NCBI GenBank assembly: GCA_951406725.2
Contig: OX597830.1
Coordinates: 71,362,001 to 71,426,000 of the forward strand
Direction: 5' to 3'
From: Octopus vulgaris
Lineage: Eukaryota
Length of the DNA stretch: 64,000 nucleotides
Shown: one piece after another, positions 1-14,975 of the stretch
Position numbering within the stretch: the stretch's first letter is position 1
Layout of the letters: the number at the start of each line of letters is the position of its first letter
Position numbers and translations under genes: made by a program
The notes under the pieces: generated by a model
Told to the model about the DNA's origin: nothing
Database searches by the model: none
The model's input: only the letters and a program-made list of their open reading frames with translations

Positions 1-164
1 TCCGAGAAGTAATTAAACATTCCGTAATTGGAGAAAATTTTTATAAGAACAAAAATACAAACATTATCGTTGCAAATATTGCGAAGGAAACTGGGAATTT
101 AAAACTTGGTAAATAATGTCCATTCCGTCTAATATTTTCTATTGTTATTATTATTATTATTAAA

Positions 165-357
165 GTGGGGAGCTGGCAGAGTCGTTTGCACACCGGGCAA
201 AATGCTTAGCGGCATTTTAGTCCGTCTGAATTCTGAGTTCAAATTCCACCAAGGTCGACTGTGCCTTTCATCCTTTCGAGGTCGAAAAAATAAGTACCAG
301 TTGAACACTGGCGTCGATGTAATCGACTCATCCTCATCTCCCCCAAACTGCATTTGT
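165..357 (+). mobile_element. tRNA-derived SINE family B, degenerate
   Basis: Head GAGCTGGCAGA, B-box-like GAGTTCAAATTC, central GCCTTTCATCCTTTCGAGGTCGA block shared with other copies in the window. Confidence 0.8.
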
Positions 358-549
358 GGCAAAAAAAAAAATTCAAATAATTTTTATTGTGATTAAAGCG
401 GGGAGCTGTCAGAGTTGTTTGCACGTCGGGCTAAAAATCTGCGATGCTGATTATGTTTTTCCCCAATTAATATGTCGTAACATAGCTATTAAACAAAGGA
501 ACAGCAACCGATAAAGTAATTATACAGCATGGCTGCTGTCCAAAAACTG

Positions 550-725
550 AATGCTGGTGTGTTTACGTCCCTGTAACTTAGCGGTTCGGCAAAAGGAGAC
601 CGATAGAATAAGTACTAGGCTTACAAAGAATAAGACCTGAGTTGATTTGTTCGACTAAAGGCGGTTCTCCAGCATGACAACAGTCAAATGACTGAAACAA
701 ATAAAAATGTAAAAAGAGAGTAAAG
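550..725 (+). mobile_element. SINE family A, 3' half only
   Basis: Matches the GGTGTGTTTACGTCC...CGACTAAAGGCGG...ATGACTGAAAC tail of full copies such as 4300-4690. Confidence 0.85.
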
Positions 726-1211
726 AGTAGACACTATAAAATATAATTTTCCAATTGAATTTCAACAAAAGCTGTTTTTTATCCAAACACTCTTAAATTT
801 TCCTAGTATTCGTTCACCATTAATCTATGAAGCCAGAAAATACTGAGTCTACTCAATCATTCAAGTCATATGACCATCAGGCATACTCCACTTATTTCAA
901 AAGCATATGTTCCTTGCGCTACTCTTAAAACCAAAAGATATTCCGAACCTGATGTTGAAAAATTGGCAAATGCTTTCGAAATACATTGTTATGAACATCT
1001 TTAACTTTTCCACCACCGAACCAAACCAAACCAAACCATAAACTTCAATATTGGAGTATCTAAAATTATGATAGAACCCAAAATTTAATAACAGAAACTT
1101 TACATTAAATGAAAGATAATAGTGATTTTACAAAAGTGTATCGCGAAGTCCTACAAATCCTACTTTCTCGAGAATTGCTCTATGACCGTAATTTTAACAA
1201 AGCTTATAAAC

Positions 1212-1841
1212 CAGTGATATTTAACTGGGGTCCATATTGCCCCTGACGGTCCATACGGCGCGTGAGGGTCCATATGGCCACTGAGGGTTTATATAAGCTT
1301 TTGTTGGGCCCACACAACAAAATTATAAACTGGGGATCCACGATAATATTCTAAAGATTTTGCTTCCGATTTATGTATTGGTAAGTATTGCAAGAGTGGA
1401 GGCGCGTGGCTTAGTGGTTATGGTGTCAGCATCATGATCGTAAGATTGTGGTTTCGATTCCTGGACCGGGCGACGCATTGTGTTCTTGAGCAAAACACTT
1501 CATTTCACGTTGCCCCAGTCCACTCAGCTGGCAAAAATGAGTAACGCTGTGATGGACTGGCGTCCCGTCTAGCTGGGCGAACCGGGCCCATTAGCCTGGC
1601 TCAGCTTTAAAAGGGCGCATTTATTTATATATTTTATATATTGCAAGAAACTGCTAGGTTTCTTTCTCTAACATTTTACATAGCTCAATGAACACAGGTT
1701 AATGTGTGACAAACCAAATAAGAATTTTGAAAGAAGTTTTTATTAAACTAGTTTTTAAACATCGAATGGATGTGGGGTTAAACCAGATTAAAATAGTAAT
1801 GAAACGGGTCCTTAGATAAAAAAAATGGTTGAGAACCTTTG
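1212..1841. mobile_element. hAT-type MITE interrupted by a SINE
   Basis: Degenerate TIRs CAGTGATATTTAAC / GTTGAGAACCTTTG; exact 8-bp TSD TTATAAAC at 1204-1211 and 1842-1849. Confidence 0.8.
1396..1638 (+). mobile_element. tRNA-derived SINE family C1
   Basis: A box TGGCTTAGTGG, B-box-like GTTTCGATTCC; 10-bp TSD TATTGCAAGA at 1386-1395 and 1639-1648. Confidence 0.85.
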
Positions 1842-2197
1842 TTATAAACTGTACAAGAAACTCAGAAACATACGCTTTCTACAACCCAGTTACGATCAAG
1901 TAGTCACTTCTAAGTTCCATGTATTTTACTTTCTGTTTTCTTTCAATGAATATGAGGGTAGGTTATTTCCCTTGCATTTACTTCTTATACATATGAGACA
2001 CTTTTCGACATTCATTACCCAATTTTCTCCTTATTAGTTTACAGGTGCTTTGCTCTCCTTCACTCCAACCTGTCTCGTAATACTTAAACTAATCGCTTTA
2101 TCTCCATAAAATGCGTATGTATAAATGAATGAACATGTATGTAAGTTGTATGTATATATGCATTCATGTATGTACGTATGTATATGTGTATGCATGT

Positions 2198-2289
<92 letters not shown>

Positions 2290-2295
2290 ATATAT

Positions 2296-2470
2296 AAAGG
2301 GCGAGAATTCACAAAAAAAGAAACAAAAGACGAAGACAGCTGCTGTAGACAACAAACAGATGTATTAGTATAACTCTCGGAAAGTGAAAAAGTCTTTAAC
2401 GTTTCAAGCCTACGCTCTTCGACAGAAAGGAATACAGAAAAAAAAAAAAACAAGGAGAGAAGATAAATAG
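2296..2470 (-). mobile_element. Penelope-like pseudo-LTR fragment beside (TA)n
   Basis: Homologous to 32241-32405; contains an HHR-like motif; abuts a TA microsatellite. Confidence 0.6.
2394..2429 (-). ncRNA. Type I minimal hammerhead-like motif, A6U variant
   Basis: Minus strand CTTT-CTGTCGA-A-GAGC-GTAG-GCTT-GAAAC-GTT-AAAG; stems I and II pair. Confidence 0.55.
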
Positions 2471-4299
2471 AGAAAATAAAGAATAATAAAGATCTCTCTC
2501 TCCCTATATATATATACTAAAAAGTGAAAAGCTCTACTGATTGCGGAACTCAAGACTGAAAGTAGATCCAAATTTGATATAAACCTCGTTGGAACTAAGT
2601 TTCGCCTAACAGCTTATTCAACCAGTTTGATTGCATATATCGTTTGCTGAAATTTACACCATAATTCTAGCAATGAAAATCAAATATACACTTTATACCT
2701 GCTAAAATATTTTGAAATGGTTTGTTTGGAGTTTTTAGCACAAGAAATAAGATATCTCCTGGCAAACACAATGACAGAAGTTTTCTTATTAACTTTGAAA
2801 GAGCAATATCTGTATTACAAACTGTGTTTCAAAACTTCACCCTGCCTGTGTATCTATCCATTGTGCTCTCTGTATATCTATATACAACTGTTTGTTTGTT
2901 TGTGTGTGTATGTGTGTGTGTGTGTGTGTGTGTGGAACAGTCATATATATGTATGCATTTATATTTATAAATATGTATATGCCTGTGTATTTATGTATAT
3001 ACTTCACACGTGACTGTGTAGATATGTATGTGTGTATGTGAGCGTGTGTTTGTGTCAGTGTGTGTATATATACCCACACTTGTGCATATGTAAATATGGA
3101 TTTGTGTGTATGCATACATATACATACATATGTTTGTGCATACATATATGATATGCATATGTATATACCTGTATACGTATACATACATGTATGTATATAT
3201 ACATATATATATGCACACACATATACAAGCCCACACATAAAAGCACACACGCACTCACATATATTATTAGTGTATATATCGGTATATCTGTGAGTGTATG
3301 AACTGTATATGTTTGTGTGTGATTGCATATGTCTGTAGGCCTATGAACTTATACGCTTGTGTTTACAGAGTTTCAGAAATTTTTATTACCTTCATAAACG
3401 TTTCTTTTGGTAACCCAATACAGATACAAGCGTGGAATATGTTAGTGTGAAACGGTACCGAATTATTATTTCACGCTGCAAGTATTAATATGTATTAAAG
3501 TTTATAAAACCAAATAGTTTCATATTATTGCGTAGCTATTTTCGATTCATCTGCATGTTATATCCGTGGTAATCCTGTTAGATTATTCAATATTACACGT
3601 GGGACCGATTATTTAGCATGACATCTGCTTAGTAACAGAAAATTTATCAATTGCTATATCTCTATCAATGAGTTAGCGTCACATCGACCATTCTCTCGAA
3701 ATTTGAGTCTGATCTGTGATTTAACAGTGAAATATGGTATCATGAATGCTGTGTCTAACTGATTACCGAACATGGCTGTCTCTTATGTACCCTCTGGCTG
3801 AAATCGAATTTTACCTGTTTGTCTCCGGACAACCATTTAAAATTTTAGCCATTCCGGATTTGATTAAGCATCGTCTCCGAGGAATAATGAGCATAATCGA
3901 AACTGGTTTTGATTTTAGTGGACATTTGCCAAGCGAGTTCTCGGAACTGGTTTGAATAATGTTCCAGTGATATCTCGTACGTGTGTTATGGTTGTTTACG
4001 CTTATATATAACCGTATTTGTTTTTGCTTGTAAGTTCTCCCTCCCCAGCGAGGCTAAGTATACAATATAGGTTCGAATCCTGGATGGGTTATTTCAATTT
4101 ATTCACTTCTTGAGCTTTTAGTTACCATTTAAGAAGCTTCCGAAACATTGTTAAAATTGCAAGAAATTACAACAAAACTTTCCTCAAATAACATCCAACT
4201 ATCTCAAAGGAAATACTGCACGCACTCACAGCGCAATGTATTTATAAAAGTTTGGCTAGTCTCGATTAGTATACTTTTCATACTAAGTCAATTTGCACA

Positions 4300-4459
4300 T
4301 AGGAGTGGCTGTCTGATAAGTAGTTTGCTTACCAATCACATGGTTCAGGGTTCAGTCCCACTGCGTGGCACCTTGAGCAAGTGTCTTCAACATATCCTCG
4401 GGCTGACCAAAGCCTTGTGAGTGGATTTGGTAGACGGAAACTGAAAGAAGCTCGTCGTA

Positions 4460-4497
<38 letters not shown>

Positions 4498-4690
4498 TGT
4501 GTGTGTTTGTGTGTCTGTGTTTGTCCCCCCAACATCGCTTGACAACCGATGCTTGTGTGTTTACGTCCCCGTAACTTAGTGGGTCGGCAAAAGAGACCGA
4601 TAGAATAAGTCCTGGGGTCGATTTGCTCGACTAAAGGCGGTTCTCCAGCATGGCCATAGTCAGATATGACTGAAACAAGTAAAAGAGTAT
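4300..4690 (+). mobile_element. SINE family A, near full length
   Basis: tRNA-like head with B box GGTTCAGTCCC, internal (TA)n(TG)n, tail GTAAAAGAG. Confidence 0.9.
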
Positions 4691-4798
4691 ATATGATCTA
4701 AGAGTGAACTGCCCCGCGTAATTTCGCGCCGATCGAATGCTTTTGTGCTATCACAAGCACATCAGCAAACTTAGTAGACTTTCATTTGCTGTCCTAAC

Positions 4799-4922
4799 TT
4801 CATCATCATCATCATCATCATCATCATCGTCGTCATCTTCTTCTTCTTCTTCTTCTTCTTCTTCTTCTTCTTCTTCTTCTTCTTCTTCTTCTTCTTCTTC
4901 TTCTTCTTCTTCTGTTTCTTCT
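4799..4922. repeat. (CAT)n(CTT)n compound microsatellite
   Basis: Direct inspection. Confidence 0.95.
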
Positions 4923-5199
4923 TAATTCATACTTCATATAATTGCATATAATATTGCTCCTTCCCTTAAGTAATAATATTCATATCGTGTTTTAAGTGTT
5001 TTAAGGGATTATATATCCTTCTTGTAGTTGCAGCCGCCTTTTTCTTTCTCATTATCATAACCACTGAATTTATAAAGTGACATTGTTGAGAATTAGCAGC
5101 AGCATCTCTCTCTCCATCATCAATATCAACGTAACCACGATTTAATTTTATTATCACAATAATTATTATTTATCCTGTCTCTCATTGTCATTACTGATA

Positions 5200-5232
<33 letters not shown>

Positions 5233-5922
5233 ATGCTAATTGACCTAAACGTTAAAAAAAAATTTTGCCATATTTATGAGGATATTTTATCGCCATAATT
5301 CGATTTAATTACCAACCAGAGACTTTTATACAGTTTCGAATTGAGAAAATATTACCGCCTTCACTTTGATGAAATAAATAACTATTAAAAAAACAAAACA
5401 AATGAAGATCAGAGACAAATTTTAAATAATTATGCATCTTCAGAGAGGTCTTCTTGGTAGGAATACAACCAGGCGTGTTAACAGAAATCCTCGTGTTACA
5501 TTCAGCGCAAACCGGCATCACTTAAAAAATTATACTGGTTACAAAACAAGATCTACGAATTCTTAAATAATTTTCAGTTTAAATATAGAGAAATAAATGT
5601 CAAATATAGACACAGAAAAACAATAATCAAAAACGTGTGTGCATGCACGCACACACGCACACACACAAACACACACACACACACGCATACGTATAAATAC
5701 ATGCATTTTGATATATTTAAAGTGTTAAAGTGTTATTAAGATGGCTAACTGGCACAAATGTTAGCGGCATTTCGTCTTCACTTCCTGAGTTCAAATTCCG
5801 CCGAAGTCAAATATGCCTTTCATCCATTCGAGGTCAGTAAAATAAGCACCTTGAAATTACTGGCAAAAATTTGAAATCAATATATTTAAAGTGTTAGAAA
5901 ACGGTCGTAAAATCTAATCTCA

Positions 5923-6291
<369 letters not shown>

Positions 6292-7075
6292 TACAACCGG
6301 TGCTAGTTTGTTTATGTTCCTGTAACTTTGCAATTCTGCACGAGTAACCTGTAAAATATGTAGCAGAATAAGAGAACGATATACGACAGGTAATTTGTTA
6401 GACTCGACCCTCCAAAGCAGTGTTCCACCATGAAATAAATATAAGATTTATTAATTTGTAGTTATAAACATGCACCTAATTGAAATTTCATTCTTGGTGC
6501 GGCTTCTGGTTCTAACTTAAATCCCAGGCATGCCTTGGAATGGGTCATAACTGGTGTTCCTAGAGTCCTAAGTCCAGTCTTTCTACTCATTAAATCTCAG
6601 AAATTCCTTGCCCAGTGTCCAGCCCCTTTTATCCAGTACCATATAATAGATTTGTTTGTAGAATCGGTTATGGACTTTGCGCCGGCTCTAACCTCACTAC
6701 AATACAAAGATTCGTTAAAAGAAGGCACTGCATTCGTTTCTGAGAACTAAACCGAAAATATATCTGTTAGTAGCAGAATTTTCCCGAAATGTCTAATTTA
6801 TAATCATAACACACTTTTCTTCAAATGGTTTTGGTTGTAGTAATGTGTTATCGATATGATATATTTTGGAATATGCAATAAAATATTTTAAAATAATTAT
6901 GGTTATCTATTTCCAGCACATATCTTTGTATGTTAAAATGATTTGATTGTAATATTATAATTTGAGAAGAACTCAGTGCAACTTAAAAGGAATAGCGCAT
7001 TTTCCTATATTAATGGTTACTTTTTCACATAAATATGTATGAATGTATGCATGTAAATATGTGTGTATGTGTGTG

Positions 7076-7115
<40 letters not shown>

Positions 7116-7585
7116 AACCAAGCCCAAAAGGCATAATTTATTTTTTCTCCTAGCAGTGTCCGGATTTGAACGCAACCAGCTGGCACACAGCCCAAGGAAT
7201 TTTGTTCAACTATACTTTAAGAACTCTACCAATTTAGCACCACTCACACACACACACACACACACACACACATGGTTGTATAATAAATGCATATTCAATT
7301 TCTGAGCTACAAATCCAATGTTATTTAGGCACTGAATATAGAAAGAAGAGAAGCACCAAAAAAAAAAAAAAAAGCATGACGTTATCTCCCATTTCCATTC
7401 CCTTAGATGCCAATTATATTCAAAGAAATTCCAACCTGTTGTACGTCTTCGATTGGACGATCTCTTGTCGTCTTCTTATCGTCTTTCTTTTTCAGATTAA
7501 CCTTTAATTATTGTTGCGATGCTACTTTCCTTCCATTGATATTTTTCTTTCCTTCATTCACTTTTTAAGTTCTTTCATATATATA

Positions 7586-7676
<91 letters not shown>

Positions 7677-7856
7677 AGGTATATATATATATATATATAT
7701 ACATATATATTACTTCTTATCTTATCCTCAAACTTTAAAACTAAAGCCTTCTCTATAATCTTTTTCCTCCAACACAATCACAGTCACCAACTAGGAACAT
7801 TCCCACCATAATCATCAAGTAAATATTGCAGCATAAATAACAAAAGCAAATGAACA

Positions 7857-7934
<78 letters not shown>

Positions 7935-8906
7935 TTGATGATGTAAAGTTGCATTCATTTCGATCCTCTTCTTGATATAAAGTGGCAGGTATTCACCTTA
8001 AGCTCTTGGTTGTTAAGGCAACTCCACCTTCCACTCATACACAACTTATTGTTTGGGTAGAAATATTTTCGTGCAGATCTCCGGTTGTTGCACACTCGTG
8101 TGCACGCACTCATACACGCACGCACCGTTCATAAGCGCACGCACACATACACACAGGTACACACACGCACACATACACACACAGATACACAGAAACTTCT
8201 GAGAAATACACACACATGCGTACGTACAGACATCACATACACACATATCGGATTCTTAAATCGCTTACCAGACTTTTAGATTCTGTCTAGTTTTATGGTA
8301 ATATAATGAAGTTTTGCGTTGAACGCTTCTCCGTCTTCTAGCTTCGTACGTTCTTAGTTCTCTGGCTCTCTCTTTACTTCAGCCTGACACAATTAGCAAT
8401 TTAAATGTCAGGTAATATATAGAAGCGTAATTTTCGCAAGACAACTACCAATCAACCATCTACACCGATGCGCAGACCAGCAAACTATCTCTGGACATGC
8501 AACCAGCACATAGATTTTTTTTCGAAAATAGGCACTGCGATCTAAACTTTCTTCCAGTGAAACGGTTAATTTAGAAAATTTATTGCCTATTTCTACCGAA
8601 ACCACCCTCTCGATCATTTGATCAAATTTATTCTTCAATTGGTATTTTTGTAGAGATTTAACTTCTTAAAAAAAAAAGAAGCAACAACAAAGAGCGAAGT
8701 ACAAAACAAAACAAAGCAAAAAAAAAAACAAAAAAAAACATAGTCTTTGAAAACACTTAAATTTACCAAGCCTTCGAATAAATTTCTTTTTACTTCGTTC
8801 GTGCGTGTAATATCGGGATTGGAACATCTTTAAGAAAGAAACCTGATTACTATGATAAGAATCAGGCAACAAATACATACATCAGGTAAACTGAAGGTAT
8901 ACACGT

Positions 8907-8939
<33 letters not shown>

Positions 8940-8947
8940 CATATACA

Positions 8948-8997
<50 letters not shown>

Positions 8998-9247
8998 TGT
9001 ATGTATGTATATACATATAAGCATATACACACAAACACTCCCATATATATGTGTACATATATATATATATATGAATGCATGGCTACACATACACGCACAA
9101 ATAACAAACATGTTCGCACACACGCGTTTGTTTACTAAACAGGCGAAAAAGAACTCAATACGCAGAACAAGGTATAAGTTTCTTTAGTTATTTTCTGTTA
9201 GAACAGATAGAAACAGACTATGCACACACACACACACACACATACAG

Positions 9248-9339
<92 letters not shown>

Positions 9340-10405
9340 CGTATATGAGTGATTGGGGATGTGATATGTGTAAAAAGATGTGACCGTGAATTTGTTAAAT
9401 GCAAAGACGGAGAACAAAGAATGAGAAAGAAAATGTTTGCATTCACACACGCATGCGCACACACACTCACACGCAAACACACACACACACTCACACACAA
9501 ATACAGCTTATCTTTACTTACCATTTTTTTATAGGAACAATTCTATCTTTCTTTTTAATGGTAAGGGGGGTTTAATTAAATCGATTGTAAATCTTTAATA
9601 AATAAATTTCAAAGTGAGATTAATCTAGACTATAATCCTTATAAAGGATAAATCAAATAGAAACAAATACTGTCCACAGATTACTGAAGATTAAGTGATA
9701 TTCATGCTGTATACATGTGTGTGTGTGTGTGTGTGTGATATTCGGTGCGAGAAGTTCATGACAGGTTGAAATTTCTGGAATTCAGAAAATCTATTGAAAA
9801 ATATATTAGTATAGGCCTTAGCCATGTGAATAAAAATTTAATTTATAAATCCGGTAGATCTGTGTTCAATATCACTGCACAGAACTTTGGGACATTTTTT
9901 TTTTCTTGGGTTTCTGGTCGATTAACAAATTCCTTGTTTGCGAAATTGTATATCTTTTATCTTTTAAATGTTTCAGTCACTGGGATGCAGCCTTTCAACA
10001 GCCCCACCGTAAAGGGATTTAGTTGAACAAATCAACCGCCGGCAGTTTTTTTCTTCTGTTTAAAGCCTGTTAATTATTCTATCGGTAACTTTTGCCGAAC
10101 CGTCACGTTACGGGGACAACCAACAAACAACACCCTGGTAGTGATAGCTGAGCAGATTTTGGAGTTAGGGTAAATAGAAGAGAAGTAGCTTGTGGATTAA
10201 AAGTGCCCGCTGGTTATGAACCCTAGGGATAAAATTGCGGAGACGTAAATCGACAACACCGGTTATTATGCGGTGGCTATGGGACAAACACAAACGCATA
10301 CATGTACGTATGTATGTAAGTATGCATGTATGTATGTATGTATGTATGTATGTATGTATGTATGTATGTATGTATGTATGTATATATATATATATATATA
10401 TATAT

Positions 10406-10564
10406 AGGAGTGGCGGTGTGGTAAATAGCTTCCTTACGAAGCACATGGTTCCAGGTTCAGTCCCACTGCGTGGCACCTTGGGCAAGTGTCTTCTACAATA
10501 GCCTCAGGCCGACCAAAGCATTGTGAGTGGATTTGGTAGACGGAAACTGAAAGAAGCCCGTCGC

Positions 10565-10625
<61 letters not shown>

Positions 10626-10700
10626 TCTGCATTTATGTTTGCGTATATCTTTGTGCGTCTGTGTTTGTCCCCTCCAAAATCGCTTGACAACCGGTGTTTT
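10406..10700 (+). mobile_element. SINE family A, 3' truncated
   Basis: Head and internal microsatellite match family A. Confidence 0.85.
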
Positions 10701-11006
10701 TTTTGATTTTTGATTCATTTACTTTCGGAAAAATTCCTTTCATGCGTAAAATACAGTATATTTTCGATATGTGGATGCCTGAGATATATGAAATAAGGTA
10801 GTTCAGGTTACGAAACTGAACACTTATTGTCGAAACTGACAGTGATATATTTTGCAAAAAGATGATAGAAGAAAATCGGTGCGTCAAACAATATTACCCT
10901 ATATTACTGTGCCTAGTCCGTGTTCGCTTCGTGTCTTATGTGGTTGACAAAAGAAACAGGTAAAATATTACAGTTGATATATATCGCCAGCAAACATACA
11001 TAGCTG

Positions 11007-11483
11007 CAGGCATGGCTTTGTGGTAAGAAGCTTGCTTCCCAACAACATCGTTCCGGGTTCAGTCCCACTGCGTGGCACCTTAGGCCTGTGTCTTTTACTT
11101 TAGCTTCGGGCCGACCGAAGCATTCTTAGTGCAATTGGTAGACGGAAACTGAAGGAAGACCGTCGTATATGTATATGTATATATATATATATATTTCTTT
11201 ACTACCCACAAGGGGCTAAACATAGACGGGACAAACAAGGACAGACAAAGGGATTAAGTCGATTACATCGACTCCAGAGCGAAATTGGTACTTTATTTAT
11301 CGACCCCGAAAGGATGAAAGGCAAAGTAGAGAGAGAGAGAGAGAGAATCCACTTAAAAGGATTCTACGCGTTAGAAAGAACAGCTAAGTTCTATAACGCG
11401 TTGGACCACTGTAAATGTAATTTTTGATTGAATGATTTTAACTTTAATTAAATTCCATTTCCCTTTGATATGATTGTATATAC

Positions 11484-11552
<69 letters not shown>

Positions 11553-11775
11553 CATATATGTGTGTGTGTGTGTTTGTGTCTGTGATTCCCCCCACCACCA
11601 CCACCATCACTTGACAACCGATGTTGGTGAGTTTACGACACCTTAACTTAGCGGTTCTGCAAAAGAAACCGGTACAATAAGTACTAGGTCTACAAAGATC
11701 AAGTCCTGTTCGACTAAAGTCGGTGCTCCAGCAAGGCCGCAGTCAAATGACTGAAACTACTAAAAGAATAAATGA
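11007..11775 (+). mobile_element. SINE family A with an inverted family B fragment (11194-11328) in its microsatellite
   Basis: Head 11007-11166, tail 11570-11775, antisense B segment between. Confidence 0.8.
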
Positions 11776-11959
11776 ATAAAAGAATACAAAATCGGTGAAT
11801 GCTCCAGCCTGGCAGTTGTCTGGAGATGTAACAACTATTAAGGTTAAAATAATACCGCTGAGATGCCGAAAATACCGTTTTGGAGAGGGAAGTAGATTGT
11901 TTTGGAAGAGGAAAATGCATATTGAACGATTCAAGGAAAGCACTGTAGTAAAATTTTAT

Positions 11960-12363
11960 AGTGGCTGTGTGGTAAGAAGCTTGCTTCTCCTCCACATGGT
12001 TCCGGGATGAGTTCCATTGTGTGGTACTTTAGGCAAGTGTCTTTCTTTATAGCCCCGGGCCAGCCAAAGCCTTGTGAGTGGATTGGGTTGACGGAAATTG
12101 GATGAAGCCCGTCGTATATATATATACATATATAAGGCGGCGAGCTGGCAGAAACGGTAGCACGCCGGGCGAAATGCGAAGCCGTATTTCGTCTGCCGTT
12201 ACGTTCTGAGTTCAAATTCCGCCGAGGTTGACTTTGCCTTTCATCCTTTCGGGGTCCTTGAATTAAGTACCAGTTACGCACTGGGGTCGATGGAATCGAC
12301 TTAATCGCTTTGTCTGTCCTTGTTTGTCCCCTCTGTGTTTAGCCCCTTGTGGGTAGTAAAGAA

Positions 12364-12410
<47 letters not shown>

Positions 12411-12560
12411 CATATATGTGTGTCTGTGTTCACGTCCCCGTATCTTAACGGTTCGGGAAAAGAGACCGGTACAATAAGAAGTCCTGGGGCCAATTTGTTC
12501 GACTAAATGCGACGCTCCAGCGTGGCCACAGTCAAATGACTGAAACAAGTAAAACAATAA
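11960..12560 (+). mobile_element. SINE family A hosting a full family B copy (12134-12366)
   Basis: A head, (TA)n, complete B element, (TA)n, A tail. Confidence 0.88.
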
Positions 12561-13703
12561 GAGAATGAAAGAATAACTAACATTTCAATAATCCGAAATA
12601 TTAGCTTAGAAAGATTCTGTGAAATAGCGAATATTGTTTCCATTATTGGTCACTATTTTCTGAGAATACAGATTGTGAATTTTCCTTTTCCTATAATGAT
12701 GCTTCTACTTTCGCTCTACATGAGCATTTAAACATTTTGGGGGCTAATGCAGTTTCGCACCTCTCCTTGAAAGATGCATTTTTTCGAAAAAAATTTTTTC
12801 GGATTCCTACCTTTTAGAAGTCGGAGATTACGAATATGCCAAAAAAAAATTATTTTAAAATTTCACTTCCCCCAACTCCCCCCCCATTCCCCCTCAATTA
12901 AAAATGTTTATTTTGTTTACTTTAAAGATATTGTATATATGCAAATCGAAATTAAATACAGACAAAAACATTAAAGTGAAAAGAATTAACGTTTTACTTG
13001 TATTTGCCTTAAATAATCGTAAATAATAAAATAATGCAAAATTTAATATGCACCATTTTATGAGAAACAAACATTAACATTTAATAATTAACGATATGTG
13101 GAGGCTAAGCATTTTGCCTGACATGCTTCTGGTTCTGCCAGCTCACCACCTTACACTACAAAGAAATGTGAAGGACAGGCTTGCTCTTGTAGAAAATATA
13201 AAAATTGATCTAGTGAAGAATGGGACAAAGTGATTTTATTTCAGTTGTCTGGGATATCTAGAAAAAGGCTCGTCAGAAGGCGACAAAGTGAACGCTATGA
13301 TGAGGTCTGAATCATATTGAAAATTTGTAGTCCTTCTTCAAAATCCGAGTTGACAGGGAAAATCAAATATTGAACAGTTGAATGTTGTCATACAGCAAGA
13401 ATGGCGGTTTATAAACATAGAACTGACTCAATCATTGGTTTCCAGCATGCATAAAGAAATCATGGACGTCCCGAAAAATAGGGGTCGCCACTGCAAATAT
13501 TGAGAGAAAGTTGAAAAACTGTATATCACGTCTTATTATTGTTCATATGGTTCAAGTGCGAGATTACTTTTCGTTAATATGCTCGTACGCGCTCAAATAG
13601 ATTAAATTTCTGCCTTAGATAGGCATGTTTATATATTTTGGGTGCAAGATAACGCCTTTGACAAAATCATGGCCACAACGGTATACATACATACATACAT
13701 ACA

Positions 13704-13736
<33 letters not shown>

Positions 13737-14329
13737 GTATATATATATATATATTAGTATTATGTTCACAATTCACTCAAGACTAGGCCCCCGTGCAATG
13801 CGTCCCCAACAAACGTCGAGATCACATCACATAAGAACATTGCGACACAATTTCTTCACTGCAAATGGCCCTGCACTGTATATATAAAATATACATACAT
13901 ACACACACACACACGCACATATATATATATATATATATACACACATGCATGTATGTATGTAGGCATACGATGGGCTTTCGCATAGTTTCTGCCAACCAGA
14001 TTCGCTTAAAAGTTATTGGCTGACCCGAGAAAAGCAGAAGACTCCTGCCTAAATTGAAGTGCAGTGGGACTAAACCCGAAACCACATGATTGCAAAGCGA
14101 TCTCCTTACCCATAGATTTCCCACATTCACACTACACAAATATTGATTTCAACTTTTGCACAAGGTCAGCAATTTCAGGAGATAACACTGTACATTTTGA
14201 ATTCCATGCACAATTCATTCGATAAGCTTCTTTCATCTCGTAAAGGCGAACAAAATACTCCTAAGCATTTTGTGCAGCATAATAAAGATTCAGTCAGCTG
14301 TTACCTTCTTCAGAATATTAATAATTCTT

Positions 14330-14550
14330 TCTGCTATTGGAATTCGGTCTGAAATTTGGGGCGGGGTGAGATTGTTAGTTGATGACATCACTTCCCGGTG
14401 CTTGACTGGTACTTATTTTATCGACCCCAAAAACGATGTAAGACAAGGTCCACCACGGTAGAATTTGAACTTAAAATGTAAAGAGCAGGAAGAAATATCA
14501 CAAAGCATTTTGTTCGTCATACTAACAATTATGCCAGCTTGCCGCTTAGG
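14330..14550 (-). mobile_element. SINE family B, old copy
   Basis: CTGGTACTTATTTTATCGACCCC...GAATTTGAACT...GCCAGCTTGCCGC. Confidence 0.75.
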
Positions 14551-14939
14551 ATGATGATAATGAGAATAATAATAATAATGATAATAACAATGGGGGCCTT
14601 GTGCCTATGTAAAAAAAAAAAAAAAAAGGAAATCAATGCCTTCACAGATATGACGAACGTTGAAGCGGGAGAATAGTCAATGAGTCGAAAATGCAGCAAA
14701 GAAGAGCGGTCGTAAAGAAAATATACGCTTTATGTTAAGTGTGAAAGCAATTAATGAGCAATTGTCGGTGTAATTTCCATCTTAAAAACGCCATTTGTAA
14801 TGATGTTTATGCAATAGAATAAATATAAAAACTGGAGTAAGAGAGATATAAATACAACGGTGGAAGACATAGATAAATAAATGAAGAGATAAAAAGTTTT
14901 ATTTCTTGCTCTTTACCTAACTGACTTATCTTATTTGGT

Positions 14940-14975
<36 letters not shown>

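Noticed and set aside
1396-1475. tRNA gene
   Set aside because: Has A and B boxes but continues into a SINE body with TSD; no full cloverleaf
5320-5450. Minus-strand CTGAAGA ... CGAAAC as a long-loop HHR
   Set aside because: No convincing stem II, and stem I is weak
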